From: an uncultured Nitrososphaeraceae archaeon
Lineage (GTDB): Archaea; Thermoproteota; Nitrososphaeria; Nitrososphaerales; Nitrososphaeraceae
Direction: 5' to 3'
DNA length: 64,000 nt
NCBI GenBank assembly: GCA_963825865.1
Contig: CAWGVG010000003.1
Location: 128,001 to 192,000, forward strand
The position numbers and the translations under genes are program-made. The notes below the pieces were generated by a model that worked only from the letters and a program-made list of their open reading frames with translations, had not been told where the DNA came from and searched no databases. Positions 1 through 11,540 of the stretch are shown here, piece after piece (position 1 is the stretch's first letter; each line of letters starts with the position of its first letter).

Positions 1-237
1 AGAAAAAATTACAATAATACAATGTGCAATTAAAAGAACAATTAGTGTAGGTACAAGGAAATCGCTTATGCTGTAAAACCGTAAATAATTAATTACTCTC
101 AAATGAAAAATAGTAAACAGCATGATTTAGAAAAGCTCTTTGAAGATATAGGGTATATGAATAGGGGAAAATGCAAACAGTTTTTAAGGTCCATATACAT
201 TTCAACATTTGCCAAAATAATGGTATCTATAATTATT

Positions 238-1441
238 ATGCAAAAATCTAAACTATTTACAATATCTGCAATAACAGTTGCGGTATTACTGGGTATGTTC
301 ATAGTTCAAATGCCGGCTATGATACTAGTAGGCTCCGCATCAGCAGCAGCAGCAGGCAGCTTCTCCTCCATCTCCTCCTCCCACTCCCCATTCTCCTCTC
401 AATACTATATTCAAACAGGTGGAGAACTCTGTTGTTCAGATAACGAGTAAGGTTCCAACACCATCTAACCCACAGAATCCACAAGCACCAAATGCTACTG
501 CATTAGGTTCTGGTTTTGTCTATGATAAGCTAGGACGGATAATCACTAATAATCATGTCATAGGCGATGCCAAAATAGTGGATGTAACATTTGTAGATGG
601 GAATAGATATACTGCAAAAGTGATAGGGAATGATATCTATAGCGATATAGCAGTATTGCAAATTATTGAGAATGTTAGTCAACCCCCTAGCCCTCTTGTA
701 ATTGGAAACTCTTCCAAATTGATGGCAGGAGACCCAGTAATTGCTATTGGTAACCCATTTGGCCTTAGTGATACTATGACTACAGGCATTGTAAGCCAGA
801 TTGGACGCTTATTACCAGCTTCAGGAGTTGGATTTTCTATACCAGATGTAATTCAAACTGATGCCCCAATTAACCCGGGTAATTCCGGTGGTCCTTTGCT
901 AAATATGCAAGGACAGGTCATTGGAATAAATACTGCAATTAGCTCTGACACAGGTACATTTTCTGGAATAGCATTTGCAATTCCATCTACCACGATAACA
1001 CGAATAGTTCCTTCATTAATTGAAAAGGGAAATTATACCCACCCATATATTGGACTTACTGGTGCTACTCTAACTTCGGATTTAGCAGGGACCATAAACG
1101 GTTTGCCAGCAAACTTCAAAGGTATAGTTGTAGATTCACTTGTAAAGGATGGTCCTGCCGATAAAGCAGGGATACATGGAAGTAATACTGATCAATACTC
1201 TAAAAAACATGGAGGCGATATAATAACAGCCGTGGATGGACATGCTGTGACAAAAATAGACGATTTAATCTCCTATATTGATGAACATGTACCTGTTGGT
1301 AATAGTATAACATTGAAGGTATATAGAAATGGGCAGAGTTTGGATTTAAAGACAATCCTTACCGCAAGACCTTCTCCACTTCCATTTCTCCCTGTACTCT
1401 CCTCCCCTCCCTCAAATCCATATCCGCGGCCACCACCATAA
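238..1441 (+). CDS. htrA: HtrA/DegP-family serine protease with N-terminal signal/anchor and PDZ domain (one frameshift near 390-400)
   Basis: Trypsin-like motifs TNNHVI, DIAVL and GNSGGPL, then a PDZ domain (GPADKAGI...GDIITAVDG). The hydrophobic N-terminus MQKSKLF... from ATG 238 is in ORF 103..450 and joins LNTIFKQVENSVVQI in the other frame. Confidence 0.9.
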
Positions 1442-1841
1442 CTTTATTATCTGCAGTCTATAACGGTTTTTTGAATACTTCGGTCAATTTTATTCTTATT
1501 CTTCTTCTTCTTCTTATTATTATTATTATTAGATAGAATTTGGTTGTTTGTCTCTTTTTTGCATGTGAATTAAACTGAGCCTAAGGTTTTTTACACTACC
1601 GAATAAATAGTCTTAGAATCTAAGATCTAGATATACATATAATGTTGCAGGCGGGTAAAAACATTGATAGGAGGTGCAGATATGTAGATAACAATTATTA
1701 TATATAACAAATTACTAATAATTAAAATTCTAACTTATTAAGTAAATTAGATTCGATAATAAGGTATAATAAGGTTTGGCTATTAAATAGACAGAAACTA
1801 TAAACTAGTATGTATATTATAAGAAGGCAGATAGAGATAAA

Positions 1842-2323
1842 TTGAAAATATCTGTTCTTTCAAAAAGAGACACATTAGATCTAATAGAAATAATAAAAAA
1901 AAATGGCCTAAGGATATTGTTCCCAAAATAAAAAGCCTTACATCGTATGAAGTAGAGGCAGGCAAATATATACTAAAGTTTCAAAATTTTACTGCAGTTC
2001 AAATAAATCAAAATATCATATTACCATTTATCGGTAACTCCGATTTCATAAAATATTTTCCTTGTGTACATGTAGACATGGGCGCTGTCAAATTCGTCTG
2101 TAATGGTGCCAAAATAATGAGACCAGGAATCACAAAATTCGACATTTTCAAAAAAGATGATATCGTTATTGTAAAGGATCAGACTTATGGGAAGACCTTG
2201 GCAGTGGGGATAGCGTTGGACAATAGCGAAATTGCTGCGGCTAATCCTAAGGGTTATGTAATTGATAATCTACATTACATCAGCGATAAGTTTTGGGAAG
2301 TATACAAAGAAATTGGTGCCTAG
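1842..2323 (+). CDS. Archaeal PUA-domain RNA-binding protein (frameshift in A-run 1895-1903)
   Basis: VDMGAVKFVCNGAKIMRPGI...KGYVIDNLHYISDKFW PUA signature. TTG 1842 reads MKISVLSKRD and rejoins the downstream frame if one A is added to the 9-A run. Confidence 0.85.
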
Positions 2324-2561
2324 CCAATAATGATCATGATACCAAATATGCATAATATTCAACGTGTTATCGGCAAGGAATAGTTTGCGGTGAAACTTCA
2401 AAAGAACGAAATGATGATGGAGATATATATTGAAAACTAACGTAGAAGATGATAAAGCGATAATATGGATAGCAAACGACTGATGCTTTATTATGTTCTC
2501 ACTCCCCAAAGGTAAAAATCAGTTAGTATATTTTCTCTTTAACATCACGAAAAACAATGTC

Positions 2562-3159
2562 TTATACGTTTAAAGATTCTTCCCGGAATCCGCTTTTTGT
2601 TATTACCAATATATCTATACCATCTCCGCTAGATGAATCTCTCAGTATTGATGATTTGATTGCCTTAATTGCCATTTCTCTAGCTTTTTCTTCAGACATG
2701 TTAGGTTTGTATTCAGCATCGATAATACCCAATGCCATTTCGGCACCAGTACCTACTGCTCGCATACTCATCTGGAAGCACTGATCCAAGTGGATCCAAT
2801 GTATAGATTTCCGGCTTGATCTCAAGTCCTCCAACAATAACCTGTGTTAGTAATGGAAAGAATCTTCTCTCAAACATTATAACAGACATCAACTTTGCAA
2901 TAGAATTAGGTGCTACATTACGTCTAGTTTCCAGTTTTCGAATCTTGGCAAGAGCAGCGACCTGTCTTACCAGAACTTGCATGTCTGCAATCATTCCAGC
3001 GCATGCCGCTCCAACCTGATTAGTAACTGAAAAAGTTTTCTTTGTGTTCTTGTTCACTACAAAGTTACCATATGAAACGCGCTTTTCGGCAGATAAAATA
3101 ACCCCTTTATCATAAGAAATTCCTACTGCTGTTGCACCCGGCAAAAATTGAAAGGCCAT
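2562..3159 (-). CDS. psmB: Proteasome beta subunit (N-terminus PGATAVG, lacks the usual GTTT catalytic motif); one extra base near 2762
   Basis: ORFs 2713..3159 and 2562..2837 join as ...[23 protein letters not shown]...[10 protein letters not shown] when one G is removed. Confidence 0.93.
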
Positions 3160-3479
3160 GTTTTCAGGATATATCCCATATCAGTTAGATTTAGTCGTTT
3201 CTATTTTCTGTCAAGGCAAACATCTGAACGAAACCTCAACAACATATAGTGTTAGCGCCTTACATCGTGATTGATACTATTCCATTAATTTGTCTTCGCT
3301 TGATGGTAGATAACGACATCCTATTTATTTTTGTACTTCAACCTTAAAATGTAGATAGGAAATTTATAGTTAATCCTGTGCTTTACATTGGTGATATCAA
3401 TAGTCATAAAAATTGATAACCACGCCGCCCAAATATCAATTTAACAATTCTAAAGATGATTTTAAAGATTACACAAATA

Positions 3480-5210
3480 TCATAATTTTTTTGATACAGA
3501 GTAGTCGTGGATTCTTATGGCTTCGGCAACAAGTCTGTTTTGAAGTTCTAGAGCATCTTTCCCTTCTGGATGTTTTGTTTCAGCTATAGCCTCCGCTACA
3601 ATACTAATTATGTGTCTTATCAAGAACTCATCTCCTCTAGCAGATTCTGCGAGATAAGTAGAGTTTGCCTTATTCACGAATACGACGTTTTCATTTGTAA
3701 AGCTGTATCTAGAATCTGATTCATCCTCGTACGGAACAACCTTATAGCCAACTTTCTTCAAAGCAAATGTCTTTCTGACAATGGGTTTTCTAACTCTGCG
3801 GGTTGTTGTTACCACATCATCCCGTTCGGTCTGTTTTTTATCGATCGCTTCTATCATTTCTACTTGTTGTGGATTATTATTACTATTATTTGCGATCTGT
3901 TCAACGCTCTGTTGCGAGAATTCTGTCTTAGTCATTCTTTGTTGTTGTTCGCCATAATCTATCGGTGATAGTTCTAATTTTTCAGTCGTCGGGACCAACG
4001 AATCGACCCCTTCTTCGTAATTTTGGATTTGTTTTGAACTTTTAAGTATTGTATTAGTATCACTATTTCCAGACTCTGATGTAGTTACAATATCAGACAC
4101 ATCTTCCTTTTTTCTAAGATTAGGCGATTCGGTATCTCCTGAGTTAAAGTTTTCTCTCACATCAATCATCTCATAGCCTTCTACTTCCTCTCGAGTCTCA
4201 ACGTTTTCAATAATAGCTTGTCCAAGAACTTTATCAATTTCTTTGTAGATTTTAGATTCTTCCCGGGTAATCAATACATCTTCATAATCTGTTAAGCTTG
4301 GAAGAATTGTGTCTATTATGAATGTCTTCATCAATTGATTGAATTCGTTGTATTCCTCGTCTTCAATTAAAGCAGATTTATCTGCAAATCTGGAGGTTAG
4401 TCTGTCACATCTGATGTATCCGGTTACTCTGTTCAACTTTGTTTCAAAACCAAAGTTGCTACGAGTTACAATATGGTTGCCAACCATGACAGCGATTCCC
4501 TTTTCGTCTTCAGATAATGGTCTCCTTGCTATTACGATTTCGCCTGTTATTCGACCATTATTAATATCAACGGGAATTCGATGACCTTGAATATCAGGTG
4601 CCTTTATCTGCTGTGCACCATTAAAGTCCCATTCTATGACTTCCTCTGCATTTTTAATGTATACTTCGAATATTGGCTGTCTTAAAATTGCTAGTTTACG
4701 AATCTCTTTTGATAATCTGAAGGCGTCAATAACAACTTTGGGACCTCTCATGGTAAATTCAGTCCCATTTCGACGCAGACGGGGTTCGTTAAGTTCTTCT
4801 AATTTAGCGAATCCAGAAAAAAGTTTATCAAGAGTGTTGCCATCAATTACAATAGACATACTAAAGTCGTCACGTTTAGTTCTTATCTTCATATTTTCAA
4901 ATGAAGTTAGGAACGATAACCTTCCGGTTCCGTATCTTCCAGTTCTAATTCTTTTTAATTTTGGCGATATTGAATCCTGTTTTTTATGTGGAGAGCCTAA
5001 AAGTAAGAACTTTTCCATACCCTGACGATCCATTCCAGCATTGTCTTCAATGACAAGTGAACCATCTTTTAGAATACTAACAATAACCTGGGTAGCGTCT
5101 TCGTCAAAAGCATTTTCAATTAATTCCTTGACAATTTCATTTGGAGAAACCCACGTTTTTGTTGCAAACTCTCTAAAAAATGACGGATGTACCTTCAATT
5201 CAGCAGTCAT
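3480..5210 (-). CDS. GHKL-family (MORC/MutL/Hsp90-like) ATPase with low-complexity linker and C-terminal domain
   Basis: Bergerat-fold motifs ELIENAFD, IEDNAGM, GRYGTGR and NGTEF in an uninterrupted 576-aa ORF. Confidence 0.8.
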   Translation of the reverse strand: MTAELKVHPSFFREFATKTWVSPNEIVKELIENAFDEDATQVIVSILKDGSLVIEDNAGMDRQGMEKFLLLGSPHKKQDSISPKLKRIRTGRYGTGRLSFLTSFENMKIRTKRDDFSMSIVIDGNTLDKLFSGFAKLEELNEPRLRRNGTEFTMRGPKVVIDAFRLSKEIRKLAILRQPIFEVYIKNAEEVIEWDFNGAQQIKAPDIQGHRIPVDINNGRITGEIVIARRPLSEDEKGIAVMVGNHIVTRSNFGFETKLNRVTGYIRCDRLTSRFADKSALIEDEEYNEFNQLMKTFIIDTILPSLTDYEDVLITREESKIYKEIDKVLGQAIIENVETREEVEGYEMIDVRENFNSGDTESPNLRKKEDVSDIVTTSESGNSDTNTILKSSKQIQNYEEGVDSLVPTTEKLELSPIDYGEQQQRMTKTEFSQQSVEQIANNSNNNPQQVEMIEAIDKKQTERDDVVTTTRRVRKPIVRKTFALKKVGYKVVPYEDESDSRYSFTNENVVFVNKANSTYLAESARGDEFLIRHIISIVAEAIAETKHPEGKDALELQNRLVAEAIRIHDYSVSKKL

Positions 5211-5779
5211 TTCTTACTTGACGAAGCTATCTTCCTACCTTTATTTATTACGCGTCAGATTATTGTTGACAATTTTGTCAGAAGTATGTAAGCCATGCCA
5301 TACAACATGAGAGTAAAGATTCATTTTTATTAATATTATCGTTACTTACATAAATCATAATCAGAGCTGCAAAAGTGCATATGTAGCAAGATTGTCAGAA
5401 TATGTAAGGCAGACATTCAGCAAGATGCAATGACTTGGGTGTTTTTTTGTATGCAAAATCAAGAATCCTTTTGCTAAGAATATCAAAAACAGGTCGACCA
5501 TAATTAAACTCCTCATCCTTATATTCACCCACCTTTTTGATCCTGCAAGAGAATAGGTATCACTGAAAGGCGGAATAGGAATACCATCTAACAGAAATGC
5601 ATAAGATATTCAAAGCTCAAGAGAGCACTAATAATTTGAGGCATCATCAAATAAATCTGATAGAAAAGCTGCCTACCTTTTAAAGAGGGAAAAAACTTAA
5701 ATTTGCAATTCAAAAAATATGCGGTGGGTCAAAAATTCCGACACTTCAATCAAGCTGTAGCGGATATAACGCAAAATTA

Positions 5780-6967
5780 ATGTTAGAGGATGGAAGCATT
5801 TTTATTGGTATCGGGTTTGGACATCCTAACGAAATCGTAGGCGAAGTAGTTTTTAATACAGGCATGGTAGGATATACTGAAACGCTCACCGATCCTTCTT
5901 ATTTCGGTCAGATATTATGTATGACTTATCCATTAGTTGGAAATTACGGAGTCCCAAGTAAGGAAACTAAAGACGAATATGGTTTGCCGAAGTATTTCGA
6001 ATCTGACAAAATACAGGTCAAAGGTTTATTAATTCATAATCTATCAAGTGTAGCCAGCCATTGGAGTTGTATTAAAACACTAGATCAGTGGTTAAATGAG
6101 GAGAAAATACCAGGAATTTATGGCATAGATACAAGGGAACTTACAAAGAAGCTGAGGATTAAAGGGGTCATGATGGGCGTAATGTCAGTTTCAGAATCAT
6201 CCATAGACGAATTAAGACTACCAAAATTGATAAAAAGTGATAAGTATGAAGGTCAAAACTTTCTTTCACAAGTTTCGATAAATAATCCTGAAGAATATGG
6301 CGATAGAAACAGGGATTGCATTGTCTTGTTAGATACTGGCACAAAGTATAGCATCATCCGTAATATTCTCAGGATAGGTTATAAAGTCATCCGCCTTCCT
6401 TGGAATACACCTTATGAAAAAATAATATCATATAAACCGAAAGGTGTTGTGATTAGCAACGGTCCAGGTGATCCCAAGGTTTGCCAGACTCCCATCAAGA
6501 CTGCTACCAATTTAATCCAGAGATCTATACCTACTTTGGGTATTTGTCTAGGAAACCAGATTCTTGCGTTAGCAGCAGGAGCAGACACCTATAAATTAAA
6601 GTTCGGACATCGTGGTCAGAATAAACCATGTATAGATATGCAAAATAAACAAGCGTATATTACAAGTCAGAATCATGGGTATGGAATTGATCCCAAAAGT
6701 CTAGACAAGACAGATTTTGAAATATGGTTTTCAAATGCCGATGATAACACAATAGAGGGAATTGCACATAAATCAAAACCAATTATCGCAGTACAATTTC
6801 ATCCAGAAGCATCCCCAGGCCCTTATGACTGCATTTTTGTTTTCGATAGATTCAAGGAATTAATCAACAACAGTAATAAAGTCGCAAAGGTAAAAAGATC
6901 TTCTGTTACTAATACTGCCACCAGAAATATTAAAATAGAAAAGAGGAGGAAAATTGCCAAAATATGA
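5780..6967 (+). CDS. carA: Carbamoyl-phosphate synthase small subunit (true start probably slightly upstream)
   Basis: GEVVFNTGMVGY, LTDPSY, SNGPGDP, GICLGNQ and QFHPEA motifs. Confidence 0.97.
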   Translation: MLEDGSIFIGIGFGHPNEIVGEVVFNTGMVGYTETLTDPSYFGQILCMTYPLVGNYGVPSKETKDEYGLPKYFESDKIQVKGLLIHNLSSVASHWSCIKTLDQWLNEEKIPGIYGIDTRELTKKLRIKGVMMGVMSVSESSIDELRLPKLIKSDKYEGQNFLSQVSINNPEEYGDRNRDCIVLLDTGTKYSIIRNILRIGYKVIRLPWNTPYEKIISYKPKGVVISNGPGDPKVCQTPIKTATNLIQRSIPTLGICLGNQILALAAGADTYKLKFGHRGQNKPCIDMQNKQAYITSQNHGYGIDPKSLDKTDFEIWFSNADDNTIEGIAHKSKPIIAVQFHPEASPGPYDCIFVFDRFKELINNSNKVAKVKRSSVTNTATRNIKIEKRRKIAKI

Positions 6968-9900
6968 AACAGTAAAAAAGGTTCTTGTTCTGGGAAGCGG
7001 GGCAATTAAAATCGGAGAAGCCGGCGAAAGCCAGTTAAGCTGGCCGCTAATTTGACTACTCTGGTTCGCAATGCCTAAAAGCGCTTACCGAAGATGGAGT
7101 CAAGAGTGTTTTGATAAATCCAAATATTGCAACCATTCAGACAGATACGAGGTTTGCAGATAAGGTATATCTGCTGCCTATTAACACTGGCTATGTTGAA
7201 AAAGTGATTGAAGCCGAAAGACCAGATTCAATCATGTTAAGCTTTGGCGGGCAAACTGCCCTAAACACCGGTGTGGCCTTACACAAAGAGGGAATATTGA
7301 AAAAATATGGGATCAAAGTTTTAGGCACGCAAATAAAAGGAATTGAGATTACTGAAGATAGACAGCTCTTTAAAGAAGCCATGATAAAGAGCAATGTATC
7401 TGTATTACAGAGTGTCGCTGTATACACATTATCGGAGGCTTTAAAGATCGCCAAAGAGATTGGTTATCCTGTCATTATTCGAGTAGCTTATACTCTTGGA
7501 GGAAGAGGAGGGGGTGTTGCCTACAACGAATATGAATTACAAGAAATTGTTCAGCGTGGCCTTTCCCTTAGCATGGTTCATCAAGTGTTGATTGAAAAAT
7601 ATGTTGGCCACTGGAAACAAATTGAATACGAAGTAATGCGCGATAATAAAGGAAACGGTGTCATTGTTTGCAACATGGAAAATATTCTTTCAATGCGCGT
7701 CCATACTGGCGATAACATAGTTGTTGCTCCATCCCAGACATTGAATAACTTTGAATATCATATGTTACGTTCAGCAGCTCTGCGTGCTACTGGCTACTGC
7801 AAAATTATTGGCGAATGCAACGTTCAATTCGGATTAGAAGCAACATCTGAAAAATATTGCGCTATTGAAATTAATGCCAGACTTTCGAGATCATCGGCTC
7901 TTGCCAGCAAGGCTACTGGATATCCACTTGCCTATATGGCTGCAAAGATTGGACTTGGATATTCGCTTCCAGAGCTAATTAATAGAATCACAAAAGCTAC
8001 AAGTGCATATTTTGAACCGTCATTGGATTACATTGTTGTAAAGATGCCAAGATTTGACTTTCGAAAATTCGAACTTGTAAAACGCAAGTTAGGTAGTGCT
8101 ATGAAATCTGTGGGCGAAGTAATGGCCATAGGCAGAAACTTTGAGGAAGTTGTTCAGAAGGCAATTAGAATGTGTGAAATTGGCAGAGATGGTCTGGTGG
8201 CTAATAGTGATAATATGACAGCGCAGTCGGAAGACATGGAACCTATAGAGCACGCGTTGCTACACCCGAACGATGAAATAATATTTTCTGTAGTCAAAGC
8301 GATAGGAGCTGGAATGACTGTCGAAAGAATAAGCCAACTATCTGCAATTGATCCATGGTTCTTGATAAGAATCAAGAGCATCGTCGACATGGAAGACAAA
8401 CTGCGGAAATCTAATTTTGATGAGGATGTGTTTAGAGAAGCTAAGAAAATTGGTTTTTCTGACAAACAGATCGGAAGGTGTTTAGGTCTTGATGAAGCTT
8501 AAAACAAGGAGTCTAAGACAACGATTTGGAATTAAACCTGTAATAAAACAGATCGATACATTGGCTGCTGAATGGCCTGCAAAAACAAACTATTTGTACT
8601 TGACATATGGTGGTCAGACTGACGATATTGTAGTTGAAAGTAAGAAAAAGAATGTGATAGGACTTGGTGCAGGTCCGTATAGGATCGGTAGCAGTGTAGA
8701 GTTTGACTGGGGAACTGTTAATATGGTATGGGGTCTGCGAGAAAATGGCATCGAAGAAGTTTCTATAATCAACTGCAATCCTGAGACAGTGCTCTACAGA
8801 TTATGATATCCCTGATAGGTTGTATTTTGAAGAATTGACTTTTGAAAGGGTAATGGACATTTATGAAAAAGAGAAGCCTACAGGAATTGTAACTTGTGTA
8901 GGCGGACAGACTGCAAATAACTTGGCTCCAAACCTATCCAAAGCTGGAGTTAATGTTATTGGAACAAGCAGTAATGATGTCGATAGAGCAGAAGACCGAG
9001 CAAAATTTGGACAATTATTAGATTCACTAGGTATCAAGCAACCTGCTTGGAAAAAATTTACTGATTTATCAGAAGCTAAAGAGTTTGCAGATAGAGTAAA
9101 ATACCCTGTTCTGGTCAGGCCTTCTTATGTTCTAAGTGGTGCTGGCAATGAAGGTTGTTTGGGGCGATCAACAATTAGAACAGTTTTTGACTGAGGCAAC
9201 AAATGTTAATCCTGATCACCCTGTGGTCATAAGTAAGTTCTTGCAGGAAGCTGCCGAGGTTGAAGTGGACGCTGTAGCTGCTGGAAATGAAATTATAATT
9301 GGCTCTCTTATCGAACATATTGATAACGCTGGTATTCATTCTGGTGATGCTATAATGTGTATTCCCCCATGGAGACTTGATAGAAAAACTATTGAAACAA
9401 TTACAGATTATTCGATAAGAATAGGAAAAGCCCTTAACATAAAAGGACCATTTAACATACAATACCTTGTAAAGGACGATGAAGTATCAGTAATTGAGGC
9501 CAATGTTAGGGCATCGAGGTCTATGCCTTTTGTTTCGAAATTTGTTGGGATAAATTTGATAAATCTTGCTGCGAGAGCTATGACAGGTAATTCGCTGCCG
9601 GAAAGTGCAAAAGATTTATGGCTAAAGAGTACAGGATTTGGAATCAAAGTTCCCCAGTTCTCATTTATGCAACTTGAAGGAGCAGACATTGTTCTCAGCG
9701 TAGAAATGCAATCAACTGGTGAGGTAGCATGTTTTGGAAACAGCTTTTATGATGCACTGTCTAAAGCATATATGGCTGCAGGATACTCGCTTCCAATGTC
9801 AGGCGCTGCAATAATTACAGTTGGGGGACAAAAAAATAAAGAGAGAGTGTTGCCATTGGTTTCTCTGATTTGTTCTTTGGGATATAAAATTATGGCAACA

Positions 9901-10227
9901 GAACATACAGCAGAGTTTATTGAGAATCAAGAATTCAAGAATATTCAGCATGTCTATAAGATTAGTGAACCAGATCGCAAACCGAATATTTCAGATTTGT
10001 TGTTCGAACGCAAAATTGATTTTATTGTCAATATCCCATCTACCTCTACAATTGAAAAATATGTCGGAATGTTGTATGATGAATACCAAATCAGGAGAAA
10101 AGCAGTAGAAATGGGTATTCCAGTCCTGACTACGATGGAATCAGCCTCTTCGTTTATAAAAACTTTGGAGTGGCTAAAAACAAATACTCCGACAATAAAC
10201 TCTCTCAGAACTTATGTCAATTTATAA
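6954..10227 (+). CDS. carB: Carbamoyl-phosphate synthase large subunit, interrupted by a 22-nt putative intron (7029-7050) and single-base insertions near 8498, 8793 and 9145
   Basis: TTG 6954 after GAGGAGG gives MPKYETVKKVLVLGSGAIKIGEAGE, which continues FDYSGSQCLKAL from 7051. Two ATP-grasp halves and a C-terminal MGS domain follow in ORFs 7111..8502, 8489..8806, 8820..9194 and 9136..10227. Confidence 0.97.
7029..7050 (+). other. Putative bulge-helix-bulge (tRNA-type) intron in carB mRNA
   Basis: GGCG 7023-7026 pairs with CGCU 7045-7048. The 3-nt bulges are AAA 7027-7029 and AAU 7049-7051, with inner hairpin GCCAG/CUGGC. Cutting after the second base of each bulge joins GAA to TTT and restores both frame and motif. 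Confidence 0.88.
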
Positions 10228-10283
10228 AATATACTAAAGTAACCATGATAGTACTTCCCAATGGCAATATAGAGTAGAGTTTT

Positions 10284-11060
10284 TCAAATAATATTCTGCA
10301 ACATGGCGGTATCTCCAACTATTGACCCAAGAAGTGTTATAATCAAACCTTGCTGAATTGCATTATCCTTTAACGCCCTATTTATTAAGGGAGATATCGA
10401 TTTCCTACAATAATCTCGTTTATTGATTCTATATAGAAACTTGTTAAAAGTTGGAACAACCAAGATGTCTAACATTCCTTCGATATGTGGAAAAATCGCT
10501 TCTTTTTTAACTTTAAGGTACATCCAAACACGTTGTCCGTTGATTACACTGCTATCTTTCATAAAAATTGGATGAATATGGCCCATTACAATCCTTCTTA
10601 TAGATGTTCTAGTGTTGGAAGGCATAGTATGGCCATGGATCAGCAAGGTGTCATCTAAAACCATTCCTTGGTTACTAATCATATTGATATTTAGAGGTGC
10701 TAGGAACCTAATATTACTATCATGATTACCTGGAATCAAGTAAACATTGGTATATTCAGAAAGTGATTTAAAAAACTGAGGAATTATGTCCCATTCATTC
10801 TTGCTTATAGGACCAATATGGCTCTTTATATCGCCAAGTAATATTATACCGTCAATTTTATGAACTTTGATAAGATCAAATAATTCATCGAGCATTTCAT
10901 GAAGCAAGAGAGTAGAGTCAATTATAATCCCTTTTGCATCAAGTTCAGACTCAAAACCGAGATGCAAATCGGATATTGCTATATACCTATGTTGTTTTCT
11001 ATCCCACACACCATCCAGTAATAACGCAGGATGCGGATATAAGGGATAGATTTTGACCAC
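10284..11060 (-). CDS. Archaeal calcineurin-like metallophosphoesterase
   Basis: SDLHLG, LLGD, PGNHD, IHGH and GHIHP motifs. Confidence 0.88.
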   Translation of the reverse strand: MVKIYPLYPHPALLLDGVWDRKQHRYIAISDLHLGFESELDAKGIIIDSTLLLHEMLDELFDLIKVHKIDGIILLGDIKSHIGPISKNEWDIIPQFFKSLSEYTNVYLIPGNHDSNIRFLAPLNINMISNQGMVLDDTLLIHGHTMPSNTRTSIRRIVMGHIHPIFMKDSSVINGQRVWMYLKVKKEAIFPHIEGMLDILVVPTFNKFLYRINKRDYCRKSISPLINRALKDNAIQQGLIITLLGSIVGDTAMLQNII

Positions 11061-11213
11061 AATAAAATTAATTTGTATTACAATTATTAAACCTCTTCTT
11101 TACAAATCGCTTGGATATTGAGTTGTACCACAGGAATTTCTATAGTAGAATAAGAACAGGAAACACTTTTTTGATTAATTCTATTTAAATATATAGATTT
11201 AAATTGTTTATTT

Positions 11214-11540
11214 ATGAAAACAGCTGCGTCTGAGCGAGTAGATAACACAGTAAACTCAGGCGGAGTAAAACTTCACATTTTTCAACCAAGTGGCAGAAAG
11301 CTTTGGACAGTAGTAGGAAAAGACAATGAACAATGGGCTGATTTAGATCTAGAATTTTGCTCTTGCAAAAATTACTACTATAAAACACTTTCAAATGCAG
11401 AATTATGTTACCATCTTAAAAGCGTTCAGAAAGCAGTGGAACAGAATAAATTTGTAGCCATCAAATTTGATGACTCAGAATACATTCAATTTATAAAGGC
11501 ATTATTGAGAGATAATGTAAATAAATTATTAAATGGTTGA
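11214..11540 (+). CDS. SWIM zinc-finger protein
   Basis: FCSC...CYH (CxC-xn-CxH) motif. Confidence 0.8.
   Translation: MKTAASERVDNTVNSGGVKLHIFQPSGRKLWTVVGKDNEQWADLDLEFCSCKNYYYKTLSNAELCYHLKSVQKAVEQNKFVAIKFDDSEYIQFIKALLRDNVNKLLNG

Noticed and set aside
1490-1530. TTC/TTA and AAT microsatellites here and elsewhere, including poly-Asn/Gln tracts in genes
   Set aside because: Simple slippage repeats without spacers; not CRISPR and not obviously functional.
2410-2484. Possible C/D box sRNA (ATGATGA...CTGA) between the PUA gene and psmB
   Set aside because: Guide regions are low-complexity with no recognisable rRNA or tRNA complement, and such boxes arise by chance in AT-rich DNA.
4339-5310. Antisense ORFs overlapping the GHKL gene, and similar shadow ORFs over carB, accC and pccB
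   Set aside because: They lie opposite well-supported genes and have no recognisable motifs.
8489-9194. carB as a naturally split multi-gene CarB1/CarB2, or further introns
   Set aside because: Each break is repaired by deleting one base (for example PETVSTDYDI, LSGAAMKVV), with no extra sequence or BHB structure.
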